Below are positions 49,790 to 62,800 of a stretch of 64,000 bases of DNA, piece by piece. The notes below the pieces were generated by a model. That model did no database searches and was not told the DNA's origin. It saw only the letters and a list, made by a program, of their open reading frames with translations. Source of the DNA: Haplodiscus bocki (Eukaryota); assembly GCA_965655095.1 (NCBI GenBank), contig OZ296659.1:8742001-8806000 (forward strand). The letters run 5' to 3'. The number at the start of each line of letters is the position of its first letter. Position 1 is the first letter of the stretch. A program made the translations under genes and the position numbers.

Positions 49790-50560
49790 GCATTCACCGG
49801 AAAAAGGACAAATATCATCGCATTTTACGTGATTGCAACAATGACGACATCAAATTCCTATGCACTCAACACTTTTAATGGTAATATCCCCTTCGAAGCA
49901 TACAAATTGATACTATATGAGACACAATAGAGGGTCTTGTGCTCAGCTACGACATCATATAAACAGTGAAGGCAAGTTTTGTTGTCTGTCAGAGGCATGA
50001 AGTTACTCCAAAAAATCAGTTGCCCCTGCATTGATTTATCACAATGAATGCACAAGAATTTGTTTTGATACTCAAAGGAAACTATGCTAGGGAACAACCA
50101 AACCCATTAGAGATTGTAGATGATCCTACATTAACGCAGAAATCGCATTATCTAACCCTTCTCCAACGACAACTGCCTACAGATACGAAAACAGCAGATG
50201 AAACGCAGGCAATAGCAAAAACAGACAAAGAAACAGCGGTAGCGGATAACGTGGAGTCAACAGTTTTGCGTGCACGTTCAATGCTCAACCTCATCAGCTA
50301 GAAAATTCCGAACCGATAACGAAAAAACTTCACGGGAACGCAAATATTGAAGTTCACAATGAACGTGTGCTGACAATTGCTGACCTTTCCAATGTCAATT
50401 GAAGCAAGAAGTTTTTTTGCAACTTGCAGCAAAACAGAGAACTGTTGCCCGACCGACTTTCAACTAATTTTGGAAAAGCTCGAAATTCCTCCCCAATTAG
50501 TTGCAAACAGACAACCCTTTTGGTTCGTGTTCGACCAACAACAAAGGACAAGTAGCTGTT
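49790..50560 (+). pseudogene. Two small Maverick-type ORF remnants (pX-like, then MNAQEFVLI...)
   Basis: IKFL...NTFNGNIPF...RQVLL..RGMKLL and EFVLI...FFCNLQQ...ILEKLEIPPQLVAN resemble small ORFs that follow the ATPase in animal Mavericks. Confidence 0.5.
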
Positions 50561-50579
50561 GTATTTAAAGACACCTAGG

Positions 50580-51015
50580 GCGTCAGTTTTTATGATCGAA
50601 TTTTTTTCAATTTGGGCCTAAAGGGTAAGCTCGACAAGCACCGCAAATGCTCGTATTCTGTGGGCAAGCACAAAAAATATGGCGAGAGCACTCAACCAAT
50701 CTTTAATGAATAGCCTCCAGCTCTTACGGCTGGCACAAACCTGTTCTTCGTAAATACAAATATCATTGAACAATAACATGTTGCAGTTGTCAAGTCACTT
50801 CTGTTGTGAATCATCGATAACCAAAGAATACTGTCGATCGGCAGCCTAGAAATTAATTCAACAATAGTTCCTCAAACATTCTCAGAACTTTAATTCAAAA
50901 AGCGTTTATCAGCACCATTGAAATTATTCAAATTGATCTTGTTACAGGTACTGGTCAAAAAGTTCCGTTTGTTGGTAACGGAAACGGTGCATTGACATTG
51001 AAATTGGAAAAGTTT
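50580..51015 (+). pseudogene. Minor capsid (penton-like) C-terminal remnant
   Basis: LTAGTNLFFVNTNIIEQ.HVAVVKS.LL..ID, TFSEL.FKK, TGQKVPFVGNG...LTLK. Confidence 0.75.
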
Positions 51016-51019
51016 TGGA

Positions 51020-51340
51020 AATGGACCACTAAAATTTCCAGTCGTTTTGCCTCGATTCACTGGTCACGCGAAACAGAGAGGCACAGGTTTCGAGTCACTA
51101 GCAGCAGGCGTTGGTGGGGTAGCGATCAGTTTGCCTGAAATGTTTTGCTCCGTGCCGTCAATTGAATTGGGTAAGAATTGTTTCTCCAGAGTCTACCAAA
51201 ATCGGTTGAAGTTGGGTGAAGAAGAAAGGCTTTCAAACAAGCGGCAAAGTCAGCAATGATAAAAACGGTAAAGATGCACTGGGTGGATCATCAAATGCAA
51301 AACGCAAAGTCATTAAACGCAAAAACTTGTCACGTAGAAG
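51020..51340 (+). pseudogene. Basic core-protein precursor (pVII-like) remnant
   Basis: PRFTGHAKQRGTGFESLAAGVGGVAI; QRGxG is typical of adenain-cleaved Maverick core proteins; lies between penton and hexon. Confidence 0.6.
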
Positions 51341-51344
51341 TTGA

Positions 51345-51854
51345 TTGGGTTACTTTCAGGACTCAAAAATATTGCCTATTGTTTCAACTGCCAAGGTATC
51401 TCACATCTCACTCGACATATACGGAAAACCGCCTCTACTCATCACATTTGATACGTCATCTGAGCAGAAATTGGCCCCGTTTATGCTCCAAGTGGATCAA
51501 CAGTGGATTTTGAACTTGAAGGCGATCGGACCAAATTCTTTGATCTACAAAACTTTTACCTCGAAGTAAAATATAAATTTACCGTACCAGAGTGTACAGA
51601 TTTGGCTGCTGACGCTAAAACTGCTGCGAACAGCGAGTCGCCAGTATTTGTGAATAACACGCTCCTTGTGTTGTTTTCCGAATGCAGTTTTACGGTTAAT
51701 AAACATTTCACATGCTGATGGAAATTGCGCGCACAAGTTTTTTGTTGAATCATAAATTTCTCACAGCAAGGAAGCAAAAGACACTTGGTTAAAATGTGGA
51801 GGATACAGATACAAGTCGAACACCAGTGGTTCCACACCAGCACTTTCACACACA

Positions 51855-51902
<48 letters not shown>

Positions 51903-52705
51903 GAGAGAGAGAAAAAAGCCGGAAAACTGGACCTAATCGGTAGTTACTTTCAGTGGCAAAGTTGCAGCAGATGTTTTTTCGTGTGACATCTTTTGAGTGG
52001 CGTTTTTCTGTGGGTCTTGTTCTCGAGTACAAGACCAGAACTCGCCTTTTTCAAAAGCGATGAAGCAAAAGATTACAAAGTCAGCGTGTCCCTAGCAAAC
52101 TTGTATGATCGCAAATTGACAGTTGCAGACAAGGTTTACGCTGCTATCGAGATTAGATTTACGAAAATGCCAGTACTGCCCCGCTGTACTGACACTCTAG
52201 CATAAACTTTTCTAGTTTCCACAAATATTCAAAGTTAGGACCAAGAGGACTTTTCCAATACGGAGCCGATAAGAACATTTGTTCTAGCCATAAAGCATGC
52301 CGGATTCCTGAATGCTGAACGAACTTCCATTTGGTTACCAAAATTTTGATTTGCGAAGTATCACTGTTTAACGTAATGACTACCTCATTGCTGGGACACC
52401 ATTGAAAACGGATACAGACAAATAAAATTACCTAAAATCGCTGGAAGCTCTCGCTTTTGGGCATCATGGTCATGGCTTTTCTTAGTCCGACTAGTGGAAT
52501 CATTATCTGATTGTATTCGATCGTACCAGCACTCAACATTCAATACACGGTTAACTACATCCCGAACTTCCTAACGCTGCAATTTCAAACAATTGGCGCT
52601 GTGCAGCCGCTCTGGCAAACAATAGACTTTTTTTCCTCCGCGGAAGTCTACTGTGTAAATTGATTCAGCCCGAAGATTTTCAAAAAACATCTCTCTCAAC
52701 ACAAA
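51345..52705 (+). pseudogene. Major capsid protein (double jelly-roll, hexon-like) remnant
   Basis: SLDIYGKPP, FELEGDRTKFFDLQNFYLEVKYKF, PVFVNNTLLVLFSEC, ANLYDRKLTV, IAGTPL, HYLIVFDRTS; interrupted by a (CA)n tract. Confidence 0.85.
51847..51912 (+). repeat. (CA)n(GA)n compound microsatellite
   Basis: About 25 CA units followed by GA units. Confidence 0.95.
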
Positions 52706-52734
52706 AACTGGTTCTCGAGAATTATTGACGGAGC

Positions 52735-53110
52735 GGATTTGACCAGAATGATTGAAAAATACGAACACCTGAAGGACAAGTTTCTTGGAGTATATGCTGC
52801 AAAATTCCCGTAGCTCTTGATCCTAACCCCTTAGTTTTTGTCAATTCAGATAAGGGAAACAACCAGCAAGACATTGGCTACTTCTGTGCAATCGAGACAA
52901 AAAAATACTTGTTTGGCGACCCACCCGGGTTACCTGCGACAGTATACAAGTACGCTTACGACCTTGCGATTTCTGAACTCAAAAAAGAACCGTCCCGAAA
53001 ACCATCATCCATATGAGGACTTCGATGTTTTGTTTTGCTCTAATGTTTTCAGTGCTTACTATCCTTCTATGCCTTATTTGAGTGAACGAGTTGCTACTTG
53101 TTCTCAAACA
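52735..53110 (+). pseudogene. Adenain-like cysteine protease remnant
   Basis: KFLGVYAA, FVNSD...PARHWLLL (catalytic His), YLFGDPPG. Confidence 0.75.
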
Positions 53111-54011
53111 TTTAATTTGCTATGGTAACTGTCAATTTGCTCAGTAATGTCTTGGAAAAATTGAAAACCTTTTGCTGAAAACATTTTATCGCAAACGATG
53201 GCTGGAATTGGCGTTTAAAGCATAAAGTAAGAAAACTACAAACGTTAAAGAAGACCTTCCAGATTGCAAACGAAAGTTGGACTGTCATCCACGTATGAGG
53301 GGTCCCAGATACGTGAGACATCGACAGGGCATTGTACATAATTACATTACCCTTCATTGCCATAACCTCTTTTCAATGATACGAAGTCAACCACTTTTTT
53401 TCGGTCGTTACTTCTGTTGCAACTTTTTAAAGCCAAATGACTGATTGTTTCTGTAGGAGGTGTTCTCAACATATCTGGGGAGAAGGCGGCCACCAGATGA
53501 TGTTTTGTGCAAGTGAACACATCCGGAGGTACAAGTTTGAGTACCTTTGAAGGCCATATTAGACATACGAGAATGGATTTTTGACAAAAATTAAACTTGA
53601 GAAAACTCGAAAGTAGTTATAGTCGAAAAGACTGATACACGTAGTACCCTTTCTCGATGTAGGAGCTTACGATATCACAACCATGAAGAAATTTGGGTGA
53701 AAGTCAAATTCGACCTACTTTCGGTGAGCTACTGAAAGTTGAATCCGCGTTCAAGCAAATCAGATGTTTTTTTTTGTCCAACTCTAATGCAAAAGCTGGC
53801 GCTGTCTGTTCAGGCGGAAACCTGTTCTGAAGCAAAATTCGATTCGGCAGAAAGGTGCGGTTAACCAATATTTGATTGGAACTAGTAGATCGAGTTCTTT
53901 TTATAAAACGTTTGAAGCAAAGTAAAGTAGTTGAATATTCCCCAATCAGATTTTTTTTCTGTGTTTTGATCCATTATTTGGATGGAATCATGACTTAGTC
54001 AATTAGTTTCC

Positions 54012-57000
54012 ATGATGACATGCGATATCTGTCGAAAAACTTTTGCTGATAAATTTAACCTAAATCACCATCGAAGAAATCTTCATAAACATCCTCTGTA
54101 TTTTTGGCTCAAGAATTACGCAAAATGTCGTTCATCTGAACTTTCATTAGCTCTGATCAAAACACATTTCCCTCAAAAACATCAAATTGGTCCGAAGAAA
54201 TTTTCTATTCACTGTAGATTCGGTTTTGATGACGTAGAGGAGTTTTACAAATATCTAGGCGACAAACACGGTTCGCCACGAACTCCGGATCCTTTTCGCG
54301 AAAAATCAAGACCAGTTGCATCAGCGTTGATTGGAGATCCGAAAATCTGTACAATTCCTCGTTCCGAGGAAATTAACTAGTTGCAGTTTTCCACGGATTT
54401 CAAACCTTTTATTGATGAATCGGAAATGTCAATCAATCCGCAAGAAAAAATCTATGCATTGCGAAAGTGGATCTGTCCAAGCCGACTAAGGAAGAAGAAA
54501 CAACACTTTTCTCCCTTTCGTGCATGCAACCCGTGTATGATACACGTTTACCTCAGGGTGCTTCTCTTGGAATGGTGGACAGACTACTCAACCCTTCATT
54601 CGTTTTCACAGGCTCTGGCAGCGGATGGATAGTTGACAGAATTGTTCAACTTGATGTCAATTTCGCCAGCATTAATACTATTCGAGGATCTTCTTCTTTA
54701 CGAACTCCGGAGAAATCGAATCGTCGGATTTGCTTTTGAACTTCCGAAACCGACATGATCGTAATTGCTTCGTGTATTGTTTCACTGCAACTTGTCACCT
54801 GAGGTACAAACCATAACTTCATGTTGCAAGCCGTGATGGTGCTGAGAAGCGAACAAGTCCAGACACCCACTTTTCTCGAACTCCAGTTGCTCATCAAGCA
54901 AGAGGCGAATTTGAAGTGTTGTTGTTCGTCGGGAAGATGTTTCGTTTCGAAAAGATGAACAGCTGCAAAATTAACATCTTCCGGTACCTGGACAGGGAAC
55001 CCATGCCCTTGCGAGTTTCACAACGAAATCCACCGATGGCCTGTAAATCATAGGCAGCTATTGCAGTATGTCCTGATAAAGGATCTTGTGAGACTAGTCA
55101 ATAGAATAAAAGGATCCTTCACTCACTGGGGAAGAGTTCTGTTTATAGACTGTTTCCACATATGCCTGAACCATTAGTTTTACCGACGCCCTAAATCCAG
55201 CTGTTTGAATCATCAACCAGCACTAGTCAAAATACCTAAAGCTAGAAAATAAGGCCTTCAGGTTCGAACATCTCGCAGCTCCTTAGTTCACTCCAGTGGT
55301 GATTTACTTCGCCTCGAATCTCTCTTACTACCAGTCACAGGTTTCATCACTGCAAATCGAAACAGTAATTTAACAGAAATTCATCGACCGACTTTCTTTT
55401 GCATGGTCACAAAAGGGCATGGAAACCCCAAACCATTTTTCGCGAAAGTGGAGAGGTCGGCTGATTGTATGTCGAAGTTCTTAGAAGCTCCTCAGAACTA
55501 CAGCTCAGAAGTCAATACAAGAAAACAGTGTAAGCGATACTACAGTGATTTTGTTCCAGAAAGGCAACAGGAAGAGCATTTTTTCTGTGCTGGCGAAGGT
55601 CAATTCGGTCCGTCTTTAGATGTTGAAAATCACAAAGTGGTCGATCGCTGTCTTTAATTGGGCCGATTTCTAGGACTTGTGAACCCGGAGTTCAATCTGA
55701 AGTGACGAATGATTAATTTCATCCCAGTAATTTCTCATAATCTGTCCAACTATGACCTGCATCGCGTTTGCCTGTACATTCACAAGTTTGAACCTGGTTG
55801 CAAGGTTGATAGTATTTCCTGAACTGACGAGAAGTGTATCACTCTATCAGTCGTCGTGCTCATCAGGACGTAGAGACAAGAATAGAACAAGCAAAGAAGT
55901 TTACGATTATCTGAGCTTTTTGGACTCTTATCGCTTCATGGGCTGTTCTCTCGACAAGTTGGCAAAATACTCGCCCGAAGAAAAATTTCAAAATTTGAAT
56001 AACTGCTTCCCCAGTGAAACAAAAGCAAAAAACTTCATCGAAAAGGTTACTACCAAATTCTTCGTTGAATTTCACAACTTTGAAGAAACCTTCGAGAGAA
56101 TAATGATAAGATTTTCTTGGAGATTGGTCAATCATCGAGCCTCAACGGGAGTATGCAGAAAAGTGTATCGGAACTTCAACTGCAGTAACCTGGAAAACTA
56201 TAACGACCTTTATTTGTTAACAGATTTTTAGTTTCACTTGCGTGTTTTGGTCAAGACTATCGAGACCTCTGCTACAAAACATACGGCCTTGATAGTGCTC
56301 TTTTTTCACATGCTTTAATCCTTCTGGCGATGCTTTCCTCGAAAAGTGTAAAGGGGATATAGAACTTTTCATAGAAAAAGAGTACTTCAAAATAGTGGAG
56401 AACATGTTGCAAGGAGGCGTTTCTTTATTTTTTGACAAAAAGTTCTTCACCGTAAACAAGTATGTTCGGAATCATGACTCTAATGACTACGACAGCTATG
56501 AATTACTGATTGATACCAATAACCGTTTCGGAGGACTAATGTAGAAGTTTCCGGGTCTAGTTGAACCCTTCCCAAAGAATGCTGACTATCAACCTCAATT
56601 TGATCTTAGAAAAATCGATTCTGTCAGAGTTTGTGTATGTTCTCGAAGTTGATTTGGATCATCTTGATTGACTACATGATGGTCATCAAGACTTTCCGTT
56701 GGCTCCCACAAGAGAAGGAATTCACTACAAAGCCCTGGGAGAAACAACAGGAATTGTTGGAGCAGGTAAGAGTAAAACGTCAGTATATTTTGGTCAAAAT
56801 GTCGATTCCTTCAGTTGCTAACGAAAAAAATATACCATTCACTACATGAACTTAAAGTTATACGTCAGCTTGGGATTAGAAGTAACAAAAGTCCTCCTAG
56901 CTTTCAAATCTGGTCAATCGTTCTGGTTGACACCATACCTGCAACTGAGTGTGAAAAAAGTCAACAGGCGCAGAACAAATTCTATAAACTGATGAACAAC

Positions 57001-57750
57001 TCTTGTTATGTTGAGGAACTGGAAAGCAAAAGGAATTGAGTGTCCGTTAAACTGGTCTTAATTTGAGACCAACTCCCGCGATTGACGGATTGTGACCACT
57101 TTTGTCAGTTCAAACTTTTTGACGAAAACTTTGCTCCGATCTCATCTCGAGAAACACTTATTCTTTGGGACAAACGTACAATCGTGGGGCTTCTGTTCTC
57201 GACCTAGCCAAATAACATATGTTTCAATTTCTTTGCAATGTACTGATAAAGCATCGTAATTGTCACGTCTTGTATTCTGACATAGTTTCTTCCCTTTATG
57301 ATATCCTGCATACAGATTTCCACGAAGAGCTCGCCCAAAACAGAGAGCTGCGCAGCGGTTTCGATCCTTCGAGTTCTCCGGAAAATCACAAACTCTACAG
57401 CGTGGAAAACCAAATGGTGACACTCTATCGCAGGAGAGTTAGTTGGCGAACCTGTTTTAGAGTTTGCCGGACTGAAACAAAAAATGTATTCAAAAAAGTG
57501 TGGGAAAGGAAAAAAATGTCAACCCAAAAGTCAACCAAAGCAGCGCCAACTTGCAATGTTTACAAGAAGGTTTTATAATCAGGAACACGTCTCAAAACGA
57601 TCAATACAAGAATTGAATCGGAACCCCATCATCTACAAACAATTACAATGCAAAAGTTAACATTGAGTTACTTTGACAAGAACTTCATAATAGAAGACAG
57701 CGTAGCAACTCTACCACGTGGAAACTATCTCATCCGAGATGTTCATATTT
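54012..57750 (+). pseudogene. Protein-primed family B DNA polymerase remnant with N-terminal C2H2 fingers
   Basis: CDICRKTF..KFNL.HH...H; GSGSGW...I..L...RGSS; IPVISHNLSNYDLH (ExoII); FLDSYRFMGCSLDKL; YNDLYLLTD (ExoIII); LIDTNNRFG (motif A); YKLMNNSCY (motif B); VLYSDIVS (motif C); EFAGLKQKMYS. Confidence 0.93.
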
Positions 57751-58564
57751 TTAAGACATGGCAGATGTTCCTGACTGGATTTATGGAAGAGAACCACCAA
57801 GTCGAACGTTGGATGAACTGATTGGCAATGATGCCATTCGAAATAGTTCTCAAATTTACCCTAGTGAAGCACAAAACCCAATAACTGGTCCCTTTTCGAA
57901 TGCGGTAGCAACACAGGTTGAAGCACTTATAGCACTTATATTTATGACACAACAAATGATCGATATATGGTAACCGCGCGATCGGAGAAGGTACCATGAA
58001 GAATACTCAGATTCAGAATTGGGAGAATGTACAGTTGATTTGGATCAATCTATCGGGAAACAGAATCCAGGGCGCAATCTATTTTTTAACAATGAAGCTG
58101 ATGAGGCTTCACAAGAAGTCCCGAACGGATGCGATGAAGATTCTAATGAAAATGACTGTCAAGTTGTTAGAACCTACACGGAAGATGAAGCAAATGCAAT
58201 GTAGGGCTGGGAGTTTCTGAGATTTCGACAATTTGTTCAGTGATTACGAAGTTGTCAATAATCTCAGAACAGCAGACTGAAGACGCCTTCATTTTGAAAG
58301 TGCCGGTGAATGAGTTGTTTGACGTGATTTTTTATGAGCTTTATTACACTGCTTTCGTGTGAGTCATTCGCACATTGTGTTGATTTGTTCAATACATGGC
58401 TTCGTTAGATGTTAGATGTTTTCTGAAGTACCTGTTCTATAACTGGAGTGAGTGTTATATGAATTTAGTTTTGTGTGAAAAGCCTGTTGGCTGGAGGAAC
58501 AACCAAAAAAAGGTAGAGATTGATTGTACTGAAAGAATCCAAACGAGATCAGGTCAAATCTTCA

Positions 58565-58965
58565 ATATATAGATGCCTATAATCTGCCAAAATTGTCTAA
58601 GAATATATGTAGCTATACCAGGTAGATTGCGTCATTTTTTAGTACATATCTGCCTCTTTCTTGCCAAATTAGTGCATGAGTCTTAATATGTATGCCCATA
58701 CTAAGTATCTTGCGTTAATCTTTCAGTATATAGGTGCCTACGGTAAGCCAAAACAGTCTAAGAGTCTGAATATGTAAGCCTATGCTAGCTATATTCCATC
58801 AGTTTTTCAGTTTATAGATGCCTACGATAGGCCAAAACAAACTGAAAGTCTGAATAAGTAAGCTTGTAATAGGTGTATTCTGTCAATCTTTCATTATATA
58901 GATAGATGCCTATGGTATGCCAAAACAATCTAGGAGTCTGAATATGTATGCCTATACTAAGCAAC
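58565..58965 (+). repeat. Degenerate tandem repeats, probable Polinton subterminal region
   Basis: Recurrent (ta)gatgccta(t/c), gccaaaaca and gtctgaata(t)gta motifs. Confidence 0.6.
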
Positions 58966-60564
58966 ACTCGCCCGTCTCCTGCAGAAATTACGTCAACCGC
59001 TAAATACATCCTCAAAATGCACCATGAAAAACCTTTAAAATTTGGTACAGACTTCACCCCGTCGTCCATTGCCGCCGGAGCAGGGTGGTTTTTTCATCCG
59101 GAAACTAGGTCAGAAACACTCAGTGGAGGGTGGATGGGGTTTTTAATCCGTACCAATCCCCCTCTATACCAGCCTGCACCTGGTTCTTCCTTGCATCGAA
59201 TTTTTGAACCACAAATGTGAACCTTCTTATGAGCGGATCGCACGAAAATAAAGAATGAATAGCAACAGTTCAGATTTTTCAACAAAACAAGGAGCAGTTC
59301 TGAAGCAAATCAGTCCATTGGACAACACAATATTGCCAAGGAGCAACTTTATCACAGTAGTACTTTAGGTTTGAGGCGATAAGTTCGACACTCTCCTGAG
59401 GGCGCTGAAGACAGCTTGTATTACCGAACTATCCTTCTCGTCATTAGTGTTTATGCGCCTTTGCTCAATTCGAACCAATTTCCAATAAAATCCGCTTAAC
59501 CACCGGGGAGGCATTCAAAAGTTCTTCGGACGGATTAAGAATGAACACAACTCCGTTGAATTTTCCTCCAATGCTTTTTCGAACTGTTTGACTCGCGCCC
59601 TCATTTTTTTGAACATCGACAGCTTTCCATTGAGTGTCGCCTTGTTGATACCCATATTCAAATTTTTCAACAAGCTGTTCCCAAACCTATCTGTTGTTTT
59701 TTTTGCATCAGAAACAGCTGCGAAACTTTTTTTCTGTATATTCCGAGTCCTAGAAGGAGAACCTTCAAAACCGTTGCTTTTAGTTCCTTGCCCAAGAAGG
59801 TGATGAAAAAATTCGGGCTTCTGGATAATTAGATTCCTATTTTGAAGTTCGACAATATTTTTTGTTGGGCCTTCGTTTAGTATGCGCCCAGTTCGCGTTT
59901 TAAGCTTCCAATTGGGAACACTCATTGTAAAAAAATTCAATTGTAAAGCAATAATTAGTGACAGAAATTTTTCATCACTCAAGCTAAAATTGAGCTCACT
60001 GCAATCGAGGATTCAACGGCAAAGGGGTTTACCGGATAATACCTGTGATTTTAGCTACTTTTGCCGTGATAACAGCTATAAAAATTTTTATTCCAACTAA
60101 TAGTCTCAATTTAGAGCAGCATACAAGATGTCCGTTTTGATAAAATTATTTTTTCAGGGTAATCGTTTCTGAAAATTTGGTTTAAAAGCCAGTTCTGACA
60201 TAGTTTTTCAGGAATTGAACCACTTTAAATACAGCTCAAGATTTATAATGAATAAGAAGCTAATTAAGTCGAGTAGGTGAAAAGATAGGATAAAATTAGG
60301 GTAAAGATAATTTTCTCGTTCCTCACGGACATATCACGACATTGTACCGAAACAGTAGAAAGCAAGTAAAATTGTTATCATTTAGAACCCTGATGGAAAA
60401 GGGGTAAGAAGTCTGTCCAGGAAGCTGGCCGCAGAACTTCAATTCTTTCTCGGGTTTCCGTTTTGGTGCCGTTAGCCGGCCGAGGAAAATATCATTTACA
60501 TCCACAGTAGATCATTTCGGTTTATTGAAGCGATAAGTATATAAAAAAGCGGGAATCAAAATTT

Positions 60565-60715
60565 TTAGCGTCACCCTGGTTCAGCGATCTAAGCGTGATG
60601 CAGTGCGCAACATAATCTCCGACCGCGCAGGTTTGAATCCCAGTGAGGCAGAAATTTTTTCATCACCCCACGCCACTCGATGACTTGCCAGCGTCCTGTA
60701 AAAACAAACTATTGA
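60565..60715 (+). repeat. tRNA-derived SINE-like repeat (family with 48190-48320)
   Basis: B-box-like GGTTTGAATCCC followed by the shared tail. Confidence 0.65.
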
Positions 60716-61139
60716 GGCATCTAAAGCTAGAAAGTCACTATTGTTTCAGTACTCCAGCATCGTCTTAAACCTAAATAGCACGCTTTTTTAGGACGACCAT
60801 CTATTAGGTTTTTTATTACAATGGTCCTGTGTAAATAGTCTGTAATCACTTGCCGTGGAAAACATAACTTTGCCATTTTTGGAGCATCAGAAGAGATCGT
60901 TACTTTTTCGCACCAAAAAAAACCTCTGACAGCATTGGTGCAAATATGTACCGCTTTTTCAAACATCTTGGAGTTGCCCTGGAAACTTTGAAAATATTTG
61001 TTTGAAACTGTTCTGTTAGAATTAATGTGCTTGGGTTGAAAATTGGATTGGTACATAATTGCGCCACTGCGCATGAGCCAAGCTGGTGCAAAATTGCACC
61101 ACTGATGAAACGCAATCGGAAACCGCTCAATTCAACACG

Positions 61140-62800
61140 CTATGAAAAGCTATGAAACAATTATGTTTGTGTATACAAAGGTATGTTTTGCGCTTCACAC
61201 CATAAGTTTTCGCCACCTGACGAACACCTGGGTATCTTTCACCGCGGACCTCGCTGATCAGGTATAGCTGGTCAGTGACCTGTTATCTGAGCGAAATGGG
61301 ACCAAAAGTGGTGATGATCTTCTTTTTAGCTCCTCTGTCCGTTTCCTTCTGAAGCTCGCTCCGCCTGCCTACTTGCCTCAGACTTGTTCCACAATTGGCA
61401 AGACCGTATGCCACCTCAAGATTGAAATCGAAAAATGATTGGATTCTTTTTTTAAGCGTTTTCGATTCCAGAGCATCCTGTCGGTACTTGAGCCATGCAT
61501 TAGTTGCCATAATATTTACGAAATGCAAAAATATTTTTATACATGCTCTTTTACGCGTATGCGTTGTAATTCGGAAACGTCCAAGGTACGCGTTTATCTC
61601 ATCAACATAGCCCATGTGTGTAATATAGTCAAGAAATACCTTTGGAACTGAACTATTTTCGCTTCTTCCTAATTTGCGGTCATGTCTTGTTATGTTTCCA
61701 CTGGGCTCACCTCCTGAAAGAAACTGAGATTGTGCAGAATGCGATTGTCGATCCACTTTGTTGCATAAAGTCTCACGTCTTTGACTACTGCTGTTTTTGT
61801 AATAAGTCTTCCTCCTCCAGTTTTTTCCAATATCTCTGGGAACGTCAAACCTTTAGCTTGGCAGAGTTGCAAAGTGCAGATTGATTGGGGGGTACCTTTT
61901 TCAAAGAGAATAACTTGTAGCATTGGTGACTTGAACCAGTTATCGAAAAAAAAATAACGATATTTCTGTTTAGGTATACTTATTGCCAATCTGAGCATAA
62001 AATGTCCTGATTTGCAGACGTCTTTCCAGTCTGGGATAACTGATGTGTCTCCTCCGTATAATTCTAGTTTATGGATGAGTCCACCTTCTCCACAAAGCAG
62101 AAAAACCTTATTTCCCCATTTTTTTGGTTTTTTTAGATTACGCTGGCGTAAACTCGATTTTATGCCTTTGTTGGAAATAAGTTGTTTGTCTATACTCAGA
62201 TGTTCTTTAATTTTGAACTTAGCACATAACGCTGTTGAATTGTTCGATGATTCTCTGGAATTTACGAGTCCTGGAAGCTTTTTGCGATGGGTTTCCTTGA
62301 AATGCAAAAACCTAATGATGGCTTCAAATTTCTGAAGAGTCATTGTTTTAGATACAAAATCCAAGCGAAGATGTTTCGACCAGTACCGACGGGTTGCGCC
62401 CAATTTTTACCAAAGTCATGTAGACCACAATGCCAAGAAACTGATTGAGTTCAGTTGTAGACAACTTGAAGGGCAAGTTAGGGTTTTGTTCTTTTGACTA
62501 CAGGTTGGCAGATTCCTCTATCTCTAATAAAATGGTTCAGCAAAACTTTCTTGGAAATACTGCAAGGGAGTAAATGGTTCTGATACAATTCTGATACAAG
62601 ATCTTGGTCTTGGTGAAATTTGTTGGCGGGTATCTTATTCAGGTTTCACCGCCATGAAACCTTTGATACTCCCATCAAATCCGCTAAAGGTTCGTGATCA
62701 GAGTTCTCTTTAGTACTCTCCAAACAGGCTTCTTCTCTGTTCGGCTCTTTGCACGTTGACGAGTTTTCTGATGATCGTTTTCTTGTTTAAATTTTGTGCT
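61140..62800 (-). pseudogene. piggyBac (PGBD-like) transposase pseudogene
   Basis: LSIDKQLI..KG..LRQ...KPKKWG.KVF, FFFDNWFKS, DYITHMGYVD, KIFLHFVNIMATNAW and a decayed C-terminal Cys-rich domain; frameshift near 61700. Confidence 0.9.

Larger units (their letters stand above)
49200..59200 (+). mobile_element. Polinton/Maverick (adintovirus-like) endogenous DNA virus, decayed
   Basis: Co-oriented remnants of ATPase, small structural ORFs, penton, core-like protein, major capsid, cysteine protease and protein-primed PolB, followed by tandem subterminal repeats; ends approximate. Confidence 0.9.

Noticed and set aside
51556-52032. 158-aa minus-strand ORF with a CVCVCV run
   Set aside because: Artefact of the (CA)n microsatellite, antisense to the capsid remnant.
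58565-58965. CRISPR-like array
   Set aside because: The repeats are degenerate and irregular with no unique spacers, and the context is eukaryotic with no cas genes.
20385-60715. Functional tRNA genes at the B-box-like sites
   Set aside because: No complete cloverleaf can be folded, and they sit within dispersed repeat families.
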